A stretch of DNA of 64,000 nt from Candidatus Sysuiplasma acidicola (GTDB lineage: Archaea; Thermoplasmatota; Thermoplasmata; Sysuiplasmatales; Sysuiplasmataceae), in the NCBI GenBank assembly GCA_019721035.1, contig JAHEAA010000003.1, positions 54,994-118,993 on the forward strand, read 5' to 3'. A program made the translations under genes and the position numbers. Below the pieces are notes generated by a model. The model made no database searches, was not told the origin of the DNA, and worked only from the letters and a program-made list of their open reading frames with translations. Positions 18,635 to 27,898 of this stretch are shown in pieces (the first letter of the stretch is position 1; the number at the start of each line of letters is the position of its first letter).

Positions 18635-18740
18635 GTCTATTTATGGCAATGAACGGGAGTATTTTACCCTTTCGTTTTTAAATTACGATTTTCGGTTTGT
18701 ACGTCCTGAGCTGCTGCCATCCAATCCGGTCAATATCATC

Positions 18741-19736
18741 TCATTCACTGTTTTTTTTCACAAAAAGGCTCCTCAGCTCCCTGCCGACTTCCTCAATATG
18801 CTCCTTCTGTGCTTCGTCCCTCTTCTTCCTGAGTGTGGGCATCTCTCTGTAATATTCGTTCATCCACTCTTCCGCGAAGCTGCCGTCCCTGATTTCGGAC
18901 AGTATTTTTTCCATATTGCCAACCACGTGATCGTCAATCACGCGTGAACCTCTGGTCCGTCCGCCGTACTCCGCAGTGTTGCTCACATTATCCCACATGT
19001 TCTCTATTCCGCCGGTCTGAATCAAATCGACAATCAGCTTGAGCTCATGCAGCACCTCGAAATAAGCAACTTCAGGCTGGTAACCGCTGGAAACAAGCAG
19101 TTTGAATGCCTTTCCTATGAGTTCCGCCACTCCGCCGCACAAGACGACCTGCTCGCCGAAATTGTCTGTCTCTGTCTCCTCCTTGAATGTCGTCCTGATG
19201 ACGCCTGCTCTTGTTGACCCTATGCCCCTCGCAATCGCAAGCGCGACGTTGAACGCATTTCCCGAGTAGTCCTTCTCGACGGCGACGAGTGAAGGCGTGC
19301 CGAAACCCTGAAGATATGTGTTCCTCACCATCGCTCCGGGTCCTTTCGGCGCGACCATGATGACATCGACCCCCTCTGGCGGCACTATCCTGCGGAAATG
19401 TATGTTGAAACCGTGACCGAACTCCAGTGTCATGCCCTTTTTCAGGTATTTCGCGATATCGTTCGCGTAGACGTCAGACTGCACCTCATCCGGTATGAGC
19501 ATCATCACTATGTCTGCGGACCTGACTGCATCAGGCACCGTCACCGGTGCGAATCCATCCGATTCGGCTATCTTCCAGCTGTCACCGCTCTTCCTGAGTC
19601 CAACTGTGACGTCGACGCCTGAATCTCTGAGATTGAGCGCCTGCGCCCTCCCCTGTATGCCATATCCTATGACTGCAACTCTCTTACCCTTCAGAACACC
19701 CATATCTGCATCCTTATCGTAATATGCATTGACCAT
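18741..19736 (-). CDS. ilvC: ketol-acid reductoisomerase
   Basis: [29 protein letters not shown]-terminal Rossmann motif and class-I KARI length (331 aa). Confidence 0.9.
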   Translation of the reverse strand: MVNAYYDKDADMGVLKGKRVAVIGYGIQGRAQALNLRDSGVDVTVGLRKSGDSWKIAESDGFAPVTVPDAVRSADIVMMLIPDEVQSDVYANDIAKYLKKGMTLEFGHGFNIHFRRIVPPEGVDVIMVAPKGPGAMVRNTYLQGFGTPSLVAVEKDYSGNAFNVALAIARGIGSTRAGVIRTTFKEETETDNFGEQVVLCGGVAELIGKAFKLLVSSGYQPEVAYFEVLHELKLIVDLIQTGGIENMWDNVSNTAEYGGRTRGSRVIDDHVVGNMEKILSEIRDGSFAEEWMNEYYREMPTLRKKRDEAQKEHIEEVGRELRSLFVKKNSE

Positions 19737-19751
19737 TTTTTCACCTTCATT

Positions 19752-20051
19752 TCAGCCCAGCATTTCCTGCGGATTCACTTCCCTTCTCGTCTGTGTAGCG
19801 CTTGCGTGTGCTTCACAGCCGTCCAGCTGCTGTTCTGCATACGCAACGCCCTGAATCCTTTTGATCGACTTTACCACTTTCATTGCATCGGCATCGTTCT
19901 TCAGTTCCACACTTATTGCATTGGAACCTCCCTCACGCACGAAGATCAGCTTCTCAATGCTTATGTTCCTTCTGCTGAACTCAAAGATGACTCGCTGCAG
20001 CACGCCTTCCTGATCATCTGCCGAAATTCTTAATTTCGCTGTCATTAACAT
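19752..20051 (-). CDS. ilvN: acetolactate synthase small (regulatory) subunit, ACT domain
   Basis: Short ACT-like protein sitting between ilvB and ilvC on the same strand. Overlaps the ilvB 3' end by 38 nt. Confidence 0.55.
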   Translation of the reverse strand: MLMTAKLRISADDQEGVLQRVIFEFSRRNISIEKLIFVREGGSNAISVELKNDADAMKVVKSIKRIQGVAYAEQQLDGCEAHASATQTRREVNPQEMLG

Positions 20052-21720
20052 CCTTCCATTTACATCGCCCGTATATTGTTCCGTTCTTGCCCGCCCACGG
20101 CGGCGTCATCGGCAGGCAGTCTTCGTTTATGTCAAGCTTCATGTCTGCGACGAACGGTACGTCGCTTGCCAGGCCGCGCCGTATTGCTTCTGCGACCTCT
20201 CCCGTCTTTTCCACCGTAACGCCTTCTCCACCCATCGACTCGGCGAACCTGACGAAGTCGGGGGATCTGCCGTAGTCCGCCGCGAAGATGTGGTTGCCGT
20301 AAAACTGCTTCTGGAACTGTCGTATCATGCCAAGGCTGCCGTTGTTCATCACCACGACAAAGACAGGTATGTCGTTTTCCACGGCAGTGGCGAATTCACC
20401 GAATGTCATCTGGAAGCCGCCGTCTCCGGTCAGGCACACGACCTTCGTTCCAGGTTCCGCCACCTTGGCACCGATGGCCGAAGGGAGGCCGAAACCCATT
20501 GTACCGAGACCTCCCGATGTGATGAATCTCCTGTGCCCGCACACCTCGAAGAAATGTGCGGCAAACATCTGATGTTGCCCCACGTCTGTCGTGATGATTG
20601 CATCTTCCGGCATCAGTTTCGAAAGCTGACTGATGACTTTCTGAGGCTTGAGCGGCGACTCGTTAAGATCGAAATCGCACTGGCAGAACGAACGCGCGGC
20701 AAGAATCCTCGCAGTCCACGCAGCACGTCCTTCCGGATGCCTGTCCACGGTCTTCTTCAGCAGGTCGACAATTTCGCCGCAGTTTCCGGTAAGCCCGACA
20801 ACGTTCTTCACATTCTTTCCTATTTCAACGTTGTCGATGTCCACATGTATTATGCCTGTTTTTGTCAGAAATTCTCCTGTCTTTCCGGTGGTTCTGTCGC
20901 TAAATCTCGTCGCTATCGCGACCACGACATCTGCCTCCTCCAGAGCCATGGCGGAGGAGCGTCTTCCGTGCATGCCAGTTGTGCCAAGCACGAGCGGATG
21001 ATCTTCCCTTACTGCTCCTTTTCCCATAACTGTGGAAACGACCGGCGCGCCCAGCAGTTCGGCAAGCTCGAGTACGGAGTCTCCGCATCTTGCCCACTTT
21101 GCACCGCCGCCCACAAGGATTACCGGCCTCTGAGAAGCGTTGAGCATTGCCAGAGCCGACTGCAGGTTGGCTAAATCAGAGGGCGTGGGTATCGCCACCC
21201 CGCCGAGATGAGGTTCACCGGTCAAATCGTTGGCCACAGTATCCGTGGGTAAGTCTATGGCGACCGGTCCAAACCTCCCGCTGACGGCTATTGCAAATGC
21301 CTTTCCGACAAGATACGGTATGTCTTCCGGCGATTTCACCTTGAAGTTGCTTTTGGTCACAGGTATCATCATGTCGAATGTGTCTGATTCCTGAAATGCG
21401 TCATTTCCCATCATTTTCGTTGAAACCTGACCTGTCATGCAGACGACGGGTGATGAATCGAGAAACGCCGTGGCCACGCCGGTTATCATATTTGTGGCGC
21501 CGGGACCCGAAGTTCCCAGGCATACGCCCGGCTTACCCGTTATCCTCGCGTATCCGTCCGCCATGTGCGCTGCTCCTCCTTCATGTCTTGTTAGCACATG
21601 TCTTATGCCGCTGGTGTCTATCTCGTCGTATATGGCGAGATTCGCACCTCCGGGTATGCCGAAGATCGTCCGCACACCGTGCTCCGCGAGTGTATTAACT
21701 AATAGTTTAGCTCCTCTCAT
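20014..21720 (-). CDS. ilvB: acetolactate synthase large subunit (ThDP-dependent)
   Basis: MRGAKLLVNTLAEHGVRTIFGIPGGANL... with a TPP-binding GDGGF motif. Start set at ATG 21718-21720, which has a GGAGATGG SD. The ORF-track start at 21792 adds an implausible 24-aa extension. Confidence 0.85.
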   Translation of the reverse strand: MRGAKLLVNTLAEHGVRTIFGIPGGANLAIYDEIDTSGIRHVLTRHEGGAAHMADGYARITGKPGVCLGTSGPGATNMITGVATAFLDSSPVVCMTGQVSTKMMGNDAFQESDTFDMMIPVTKSNFKVKSPEDIPYLVGKAFAIAVSGRFGPVAIDLPTDTVANDLTGEPHLGGVAIPTPSDLANLQSALAMLNASQRPVILVGGGAKWARCGDSVLELAELLGAPVVSTVMGKGAVREDHPLVLGTTGMHGRRSSAMALEEADVVVAIATRFSDRTTGKTGEFLTKTGIIHVDIDNVEIGKNVKNVVGLTGNCGEIVDLLKKTVDRHPEGRAAWTARILAARSFCQCDFDLNESPLKPQKVISQLSKLMPEDAIITTDVGQHQMFAAHFFEVCGHRRFITSGGLGTMGFGLPSAIGAKVAEPGTKVVCLTGDGGFQMTFGEFATAVENDIPVFVVVMNNGSLGMIRQFQKQFYGNHIFAADYGRSPDFVRFAESMGGEGVTVEKTGEVAEAIRRGLASDVPFVADMKLDINEDCLPMTPPWAGKNGTIYGRCKWKDVNDSEIKNFGR

Positions 21721-21731
21721 TCTACCATCTC

Positions 21732-21768
21732 CCTGAAACGACAAAACCAGAAAGTTGGTCGTTTCAGG
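21732..21768. promoter_or_regulatory. perfect 11-bp inverted repeat (CCTGAAACGAC-N15-GTCGTTTCAGG) in ilvB 5' leader
   Basis: Arms 21732-21742 and 21758-21768, with a 15-nt loop. On the ilvB mRNA the 3' arm runs into the GGGAGATGG Shine-Dalgarno 12 nt before the ATG. Confidence 0.4.
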
Positions 21769-22081
21769 TAATGAAGTGCAACAAGTCTGCAATAATGCAG
21801 GACATGCAAAGCGTCATTGTTCCGCAGGCACTTCTGATTTTCATCTGAGGTTCGCAGATAGCATTGTGTATAAATACATTGTGACGAATTAGCAGGGGCA
21901 GGATAATTGTAAAACTACGACATATGACTAGGTCATACATCGTTTAAATGCAAGTCAGTTCCAGACATATCCCGTTTACGGCTGGCATGCAGAATACATC
22001 TGCCAGATGCTAGTAAGTTTATTAAGGGACTTGCGAGTATCTCATTAACATCAATATTGATAACGTAGGGGAGGAACAAAG

Positions 22082-22189
22082 ATGTCGCTGGGCATGGCTG
22101 TAATATGGGGCATTGTAGTAGGAGTAGTTCTCTTTAACATGTGGTTTGGCTGGGCAGTATATTTTTATGCCGGGAAACAAACAAACTGA
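22082..22189 (+). CDS. small hydrophobic peptide (35 aa), putative membrane micro-protein
   Basis: MSLGMAVIWGIVVGVVLFNMWFGWAVYFYAGKQTN. Preceded by a perfect GGGGAGG SD 7 nt upstream. Below the ORF-track size cutoff. Confidence 0.3.
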   Translation: MSLGMAVIWGIVVGVVLFNMWFGWAVYFYAGKQTN

Positions 22190-22280
22190 CTTCCAGTTTG
22201 GATGCAGTTTTCACGTCAATCGTATATTTCAGGTCGGAACATGCAAGTGATATAGGCCCGTGTCCTATACCAAAGCGTAT

Positions 22281-23138
22281 ATGGAATACAGGGAATTTGG
22301 AAGGACAGGCGTACGTGTCTCCTGCGTCGGCATGGGCACATATTATGATTTTCGATGGATTGCAGCATCGGCACTCGGCATCGGCTTCGGTGTGCATGAA
22401 AAGGTCACGGCAATAAGAAAGGGTATTGAAGAGGGCATAAATCTCATCGACACGGCAGAATTCTACAGGAGTGAGCCCCTTGTTTCCAGAGCGATTAAGG
22501 ATTACGACAGAGAAAAACTCTTCATAGCGACGAAAGTTTTTCCCAATCACCTCAGAGAGGATAAACTGATCAGGGCATGCGATAGGAGCCTCCGTCGTCT
22601 TGGCATCAGTTACATCGATCTGTATCAGATACACTTCCCGAGTTTCCGCGTTCCTGTAAGCGAATCAATGCGCGCAATGGAACGGCTAGTCGACGATGGG
22701 AAGATAAGGTACATAGGCGTAAGCAACTTCTCTCTTCAGAAGATGATTGAGGCAGAGCAGTCACTGAAGAGGCATTCTCTCATATCCACGCAGATGCACT
22801 ATAATCTGAAACACCGCGATGTTGAAAATGATATACTGCCGCACTGCAGAGAAAACGGTATCGCGCTCATGGCATACTACCCTCTGGGACACGGCAAACT
22901 GGCAGAACTCCGGAGCAGCGATGCCGCGACAGTTAAGGCGATCGCTTCAAAGTGCGGGCTTAAGACAGACGCGCAGCTGGCGCTGAATTATCTGCTGTCA
23001 TCCGACAAATGCGTTTTCCCGATCCCGCGCGCTTCGAATCCGGAGCACGTGGCGGAGAACTCCACGCTCGGCGGAAGGCTATTTGACAGGGAAGACATGA
23101 ACGCTCTCGCAGCCATATTTTCCAATGACGGCGGATGA
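22281..23138 (+). CDS. aldo/keto reductase
   Basis: MEYREFGRTGVRVSCVGMGTY... N-terminus is typical of AKRs. A TATA-like element lies about 28 nt upstream of ATG 22281, consistent with a leaderless mRNA. The ORF-track GTG start is at 22260. Confidence 0.75.
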   Translation: MEYREFGRTGVRVSCVGMGTYYDFRWIAASALGIGFGVHEKVTAIRKGIEEGINLIDTAEFYRSEPLVSRAIKDYDREKLFIATKVFPNHLREDKLIRACDRSLRRLGISYIDLYQIHFPSFRVPVSESMRAMERLVDDGKIRYIGVSNFSLQKMIEAEQSLKRHSLISTQMHYNLKHRDVENDILPHCRENGIALMAYYPLGHGKLAELRSSDAATVKAIASKCGLKTDAQLALNYLLSSDKCVFPIPRASNPEHVAENSTLGGRLFDREDMNALAAIFSNDGG

Positions 23139-23223
23139 GCGACTGCATCTCGTCTGCAATCAACGCGCAACATCGTTGTTTTCTGGCCCTATATTAATAT
23201 GCGCGATCGTCGAATAGAGTTTC

Positions 23224-23568
23224 ATGCGCGGTGTACTTCGTCTCCTTTCACAATTAGAGGACGCAGAGCTTTCGGCTGCAGTAAAAACGGTGTCTGCGGA
23301 AGCGGATGCCCCCGATATGGGTGAAGTCCGGAAACTTTCACCGGCACACGGCATGAGCAAACTCGATATGCGCCGGCTCGCCGAACTGGCAGTCGGCATC
23401 TGCGAACTGCCGATTATCGAAAGGGACATCGAAAACGTGAAACGTGAACTCGAAGAGGTGAGGAGCAGGCTGATTGACGCACGATCAGGACTCAGTGAGG
23501 AGAAACTGCTCTTCGCGACGTATTCGAAGGACAATTTGTTCCTGAAGCGTGCTCTCAGGGAAGAATGA
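23224..23568 (+). CDS. hypothetical protein
   Basis: 114-aa ORF with a coiled-coil-like charged C-terminus. No motif recognised. Confidence 0.3.
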   Translation: MRGVLRLLSQLEDAELSAAVKTVSAEADAPDMGEVRKLSPAHGMSKLDMRRLAELAVGICELPIIERDIENVKRELEEVRSRLIDARSGLSEEKLLFATYSKDNLFLKRALREE

Positions 23569-24013
23569 TACGAGAGGGATGGAGGAGCGGCATGATATGA
23601 TTCCCAGAAGACGCGGAGTAGAGCAAACGGCTGTGACATACATTGCTCTGTTCATCAGCCGCAGGAGACACGTTGCCTTTCCGCCGGACAGTGAAACAGT
23701 GGCAGGCGAACTGTCCGGGATTCGCGTACGGCGTAGAGACCTGCTTCAAAAGAGAAAGGCACTCGAGAGTGAACTGCGCGAACTGAAGAGAGATATGATG
23801 GATGTCGAAGCCGAACGGTCGGGTATTCATTTCAGGTCTTACACGATGTTCAACGAAAACACCACGCTTGCTATCAGACTCTCCGCACTCAGATCCCCGC
23901 ATCCCGGAACGGCCGTTATAGATATTGATGGCGTCGAGTATGACAGAATTCTTGACAGATATGTGTTCAGGACGGACCGATCCGGCGGAACAGCAGTTTC
24001 GCTATCAAAATAG
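23549..24013 (+). CDS. hypothetical protein
   Basis: 154-aa ORF overlapping the previous ORF's 3' end. Charged helical segment. No motif recognised. The start may be an internal Met. Confidence 0.3.
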   Translation: MLSGKNDTRGMEERHDMIPRRRGVEQTAVTYIALFISRRRHVAFPPDSETVAGELSGIRVRRRDLLQKRKALESELRELKRDMMDVEAERSGIHFRSYTMFNENTTLAIRLSALRSPHPGTAVIDIDGVEYDRILDRYVFRTDRSGGTAVSLSK

Positions 24014-24049
24014 ATTTTAAGGTAGACCACGTGCTGCCATCGTTGAAAC

Positions 24050-25141
24050 ATGAAAGCAATTGTCGTTAAACCCGGCACGCCCGGCGTCATGCTGAACGAA
24101 AAAAAGGAACCTTCGCAGACAGACGGTCAGGTTCTGCTCACTCCGAGGCTGGTAGGCATATGCGGTACTGACAGGGAGATAATTTCCGCTTATTACGGCG
24201 AGGCGCCTGCTGGCGAACAGTTCCTTGCAATCGGACACGAATCACTCTGCACCGTAGCAGATCCGGGCAGCAGCACACTGCGCAGGGGCAGCCTGGTCGT
24301 TCCCACTGTGAGACGCGGATGCGGCCAGTGCTGGAGCTGTCTTCACGGCCAGTCTGACATGTGCTTCACCGGGAAATACAGGGAAAGGGGAATCAAGCAG
24401 CTGGACGGTTACAATTCCGAAGTTGTCGCCGAAGTGCCTGAGTACATCGCCGAAGTGCCCGCGGACTTAGGCGATGCAGCAGTGCTTACAGAACCTATGA
24501 CGATTGGCGAAAAGGCAATCATTCAGGCTGTCGGACTGCAGCAGAGGGTGAGATGGGAGTGCGACGGCGATTATTCATGCAGAAAGGCGCTCGTGCTCGG
24601 GACGGGCCCCGTCGGCATGCTCGCGGCTCTCGCGGCAAAAATCAGGGGATTTCAGGTGTGGGCAGCCGACCGGCATGATGACAGCACATTGCACGCAGGC
24701 ATACTGAAGAGCGCTGGCGTAACGCACATAGACAGCCGTACACAGGGCATTGTTGAGTTCGCAAAGACGATCGGCAATTTCGATTTTATTATTGAAGCAA
24801 CAGGAGATGCAGTGGTCGGCCTCGATACCGTTCCGGCTCTTTCGCCGAACGGCATTATGGCACTGACTGGCATCCCGGGCGGTGCACAAACATACCAGAT
24901 GCCTGCAGTGCAGATCATGCGCTCGCTTGTTCTCAATAACGCTCTTGTCGTAGGTATCGTCAATGCAAACCTGAGCTATTTCAAGGCAGCGCTTTATGAT
25001 ATGGTTGAAATAAACAGAAGATATCCGGGTATACTCGAGAAGATGGTAACACACCGGTTCGGGCCCGAGGATTTCTCATCCGCATACTCTCTGAGAGGGC
25101 ATGAGTCGGTGAAGGTTGTAATCGACTGGACGAAACAGTGA
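24050..25141 (+). CDS. gdh: glucose 1-dehydrogenase (Zn-dependent MDR family, Thermoplasma/Sulfolobus type)
   Basis: VGICGTDREI, FLAIGHESL, GSLVVPTVRRGCGQC and AVLTEPM closely mirror conserved blocks of the archaeal glucose dehydrogenase. Confidence 0.7.
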   Translation: MKAIVVKPGTPGVMLNEKKEPSQTDGQVLLTPRLVGICGTDREIISAYYGEAPAGEQFLAIGHESLCTVADPGSSTLRRGSLVVPTVRRGCGQCWSCLHGQSDMCFTGKYRERGIKQLDGYNSEVVAEVPEYIAEVPADLGDAAVLTEPMTIGEKAIIQAVGLQQRVRWECDGDYSCRKALVLGTGPVGMLAALAAKIRGFQVWAADRHDDSTLHAGILKSAGVTHIDSRTQGIVEFAKTIGNFDFIIEATGDAVVGLDTVPALSPNGIMALTGIPGGAQTYQMPAVQIMRSLVLNNALVVGIVNANLSYFKAALYDMVEINRRYPGILEKMVTHRFGPEDFSSAYSLRGHESVKVVIDWTKQ

Positions 25142-25146
25142 TTTGA

Positions 25147-27117
25147 ATGCCAAGGGATCTGCCGATAGGCAACGGAAAATTGCTCGTAGCCTTTGACGGC
25201 GATTATACAATCAGGGATATTTACTACCCGCATGTCGGCAGCGAAAATCATTCCGTAGGACACATGTTCAGGGTCGGTGTGTGGGTCAACGGGGCATTCA
25301 GCTGGACAAATTCACCCGGCTGGGAAAAGACTCTGCGCTATGTCCAGGATACGCTTGTCTGCGATGTGACGCTCAGGAACGATGCGCTTGGCGTTGAGCT
25401 GCATTTTCGCGATGCGGTAGACTTCGTCATCGACGCACTGGTCAGAAAAATCGAAGTGAAGAGAGTGGCCGGAAACGATGCGGAAGTCAGACTGTTTTTC
25501 CATCATGATTTTCATCTGTACGGCAATGACATTGGCGACACGGCATTTTTCGACCCGCAGCTGAATGTCGTCATACATTACAAGGGAAGGCGATATTTTC
25601 TCACAGACGCTGGCGCGGACGACGGAGCAGGCATAAGCATGTTTGCCTGCGGCCAGAAGGAGATGGAAGGCAGGGAGGGAACTTGGCGCGATGCAGAGGA
25701 CGGTATGCTTTCCGGCAACACGATATCGCAGGGCTCAGTGGATTCAGTCATCGGCATTACCTTCCGCGTGCCGGCAAACGGCAGCAGGAGCGGTTACTAC
25801 TACATGCTTGCCGGCGAGGATTATGACAGTGTGGACAGGCTTCAGAATCTTGTCAGGTCGAGGGGTGTTGACAGGTTCATAGAGAGGACGGCCAATTACT
25901 GGCGCCTCTGGTGCACGAAGGAGAAGAAAGACTTCATGGATCTGCCGCCGGAAATAGAGCAACTGTACAGGAGGAGTCTGCTGGCGATCGCCACAAACAT
26001 AGACAGCCAGGGCGGCGTCATCGCGGCCAACGACACCGATCTGCTCAGATTCAACAGGGACACTTACAGCTATGTCTGGCCGAGAGACGGGGCTCTGGTT
26101 TCTCTTGCCATGGACAATGCAGGTTATTCATCCACTTCTTCAATGTTTTACCAGTTCTGCGCCGGTGTGATAAGTCACAGGGGTTATTTTCTGCAGAAGT
26201 ACAACCCTGACGGCTCGTTCGCCAGCAGCTGGCATCCGTGGGCGCTGGGGGGTAAGCCATCGTTGCCGATACAGGAGGACGAGACTTCGCTCGTTCTGCA
26301 TGCACTCTGGAATCATTTCGAACGTTACAGGGATGTCGAGTTCTTCAAACCTCTCTACAGGCGGCTCATCAAGAATGCAGCTGATTTCATTGCCTCCTAT
26401 GTCGACAGCAGCACCGGCCTCTCCGTCGACAGCTACGATTTGTGGGAGGAGAGACGCGGCGTGTTCACATTCACATGCTCAGCAAATTATGCCGGCCTGG
26501 TAGCCGCCTCCAGATTCTGCAGCAGCTTCGGTGAAGAGGATGTGGCGGCACGGTACTCCTCGGTAGCGGCATCGCTGAAGAAGGCGATGATTGCAAATCT
26601 CTACAGCCATGAGGACGGCAGATTTCTCAGGGGACTGATATGCGATGAGGGCTCCACACCCAAAAGGGACAACGCAGTGGATGCGAGCCTCTCAGGCATC
26701 TTCCTCTTCGGCGTGCTTGAGCCGGACGATCCGATGGTCGCCGGAACTATGAAAGCGATTAAGGACAAACTCTGGGTAAGGGGCGGCATTGGCGGCGTTG
26801 CCAGATACGACGGTGACATGTATCAGCGCAGCGCGGACAGCACGGACGTGCAGGGAAATCCGTGGTTCATTTGCACGCTGTGGCTCGCGGACTGGTACAC
26901 CGCAGTGGCAAAGGACAGGAAGTCGCTGGCGAAGGCGCTGGAGCTGCTGAAGTGGACGACACAGCACGCGCTTCCGAGCGGCATACTCGCGGAGCAGATT
27001 CATCCTGGCACCGGATATCCTCTTTCCGTTTCGCCGCTCACGTGGAGCCATGCGGCATTCATTGACGCGGTCGACAGATATCTTGAAAAGGCAGGGCGGT
27101 TAGGTGATGTAAATTGA
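25147..27117 (+). CDS. GH15-family glucoamylase/trehalase
   Basis: N-terminal LPIGNGKLLVAFDGDYTIRDIYYPHVG matches the archaeal GH15 N-domain. The C-terminal (alpha/alpha)6 region carries conserved W/E-rich blocks (LWEERRGVFTFT, GNPWFICTLWLADWY). Confidence 0.75.
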   Translation: MPRDLPIGNGKLLVAFDGDYTIRDIYYPHVGSENHSVGHMFRVGVWVNGAFSWTNSPGWEKTLRYVQDTLVCDVTLRNDALGVELHFRDAVDFVIDALVRKIEVKRVAGNDAEVRLFFHHDFHLYGNDIGDTAFFDPQLNVVIHYKGRRYFLTDAGADDGAGISMFACGQKEMEGREGTWRDAEDGMLSGNTISQGSVDSVIGITFRVPANGSRSGYYYMLAGEDYDSVDRLQNLVRSRGVDRFIERTANYWRLWCTKEKKDFMDLPPEIEQLYRRSLLAIATNIDSQGGVIAANDTDLLRFNRDTYSYVWPRDGALVSLAMDNAGYSSTSSMFYQFCAGVISHRGYFLQKYNPDGSFASSWHPWALGGKPSLPIQEDETSLVLHALWNHFERYRDVEFFKPLYRRLIKNAADFIASYVDSSTGLSVDSYDLWEERRGVFTFTCSANYAGLVAASRFCSSFGEEDVAARYSSVAASLKKAMIANLYSHEDGRFLRGLICDEGSTPKRDNAVDASLSGIFLFGVLEPDDPMVAGTMKAIKDKLWVRGGIGGVARYDGDMYQRSADSTDVQGNPWFICTLWLADWYTAVAKDRKSLAKALELLKWTTQHALPSGILAEQIHPGTGYPLSVSPLTWSHAAFIDAVDRYLEKAGRLGDVN

Positions 27118-27782
27118 GCAGAATCGTTTCAAAGATCATCGATGTGTCAGTGGCAGTCAGGGACGGGATGCCGATTTACGACGGCAATCCGACCCTGTCA
27201 CTGGAATGGGCCATGAGCATCGAGCGCGGCGATCAGGTCAATCTGACACGCCTCAGCGAGGGCGTCCACACCGGAACACATGTTGACGCACCCTTCCACT
27301 TCATACCCGGCGGAAAGAAGATAGACGAGCTGGAAATGGGCAGCTTTTTCTGCAACGTGCAGGTCGTCCGGACACGGAGGAAAAGCGTGACACCCGAGGT
27401 GCTTGCCGGGAAGAGAATCCCGAAGGGCGACGGTGTTCTCTTCAGGACATCCAATTCGGGACTGTACGGCAGGCCGTTCACCAGGGATTTCGTGTTCATT
27501 GAGGGTGAGACGGCCGATGAGCTCGTGCGCATGCACGTGCCCATCGTCGGACTGGATTACCTGTCCGTCGAGAAGTTCGGCTCCCATGACGCTCCAGCGC
27601 ACAACAAACTTCTCGGTGCCGACATACCGATCATCGAGGGACTCTGTCTCACCGGCGTGAAAGAGGGCCGATATACGCTTGCCGTGTTCCCGATCAGGCT
27701 GCAGGGAAGAGAGGCCGCACCAGCGAGGGCGGTGCTCTTTTCTCCCCCGCTGGCATCGTCGATTACACTGAACGGACGGTGA
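27114..27782 (+). CDS. cyclase-family protein (kynurenine formamidase-like)
   Basis: HTGTHVDAPFHF matches the putative-cyclase family metal-binding motif HxGTHxDxPxH. ATGA overlap with the GH15 gene. Confidence 0.6.
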   Translation: MSRIVSKIIDVSVAVRDGMPIYDGNPTLSLEWAMSIERGDQVNLTRLSEGVHTGTHVDAPFHFIPGGKKIDELEMGSFFCNVQVVRTRRKSVTPEVLAGKRIPKGDGVLFRTSNSGLYGRPFTRDFVFIEGETADELVRMHVPIVGLDYLSVEKFGSHDAPAHNKLLGADIPIIEGLCLTGVKEGRYTLAVFPIRLQGREAAPARAVLFSPPLASSITLNGR

Positions 27783-27898
27783 CCATCCGGTTGCCTGGTG
27801 CGTTTGATCATTTGCAGTTCAGTTCTTGGAAAGCTACGAAGTCGTCGACATCTGCCGGCAGGCAAACTTGAAAGCCATGTTTTCCATGTGCGTATCCG

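Noticed and set aside
18721-18740. T8 run (TTTTTTTT) between gltB-like start and ilvC stop as a terminator
   Set aside because: Both flanking genes are on the minus strand, where this reads as an A-run. Archaeal terminators are oligo-T on the coding strand, so it is not a terminator for ilvC. More likely part of the gltB promoter region (ATTTAAAAA TATA-like element nearby).
16350-18947. Plus-strand ORFs (256, 182, 188, 302 aa) overlapping the glutamate synthase FMN-domain gene and running into ilvC
   Set aside because: Ser/Ala/Pro-rich low-complexity translations antisense to a well-supported gene. No start context and no motifs.
20290-21174. 294-aa plus-strand ORF antisense to ilvB
   Set aside because: Antisense shadow ORF. 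The ilvB frame carries ThDP-enzyme signatures.
21793-22081. Possibility of a tRNA or riboswitch in the long ilvB upstream region
   Set aside because: I found no T-loop (GTTCRANYC) or cloverleaf-compatible segment, and archaeal ilv operons have no known riboswitch. Only the hairpin and the palindrome are reported.
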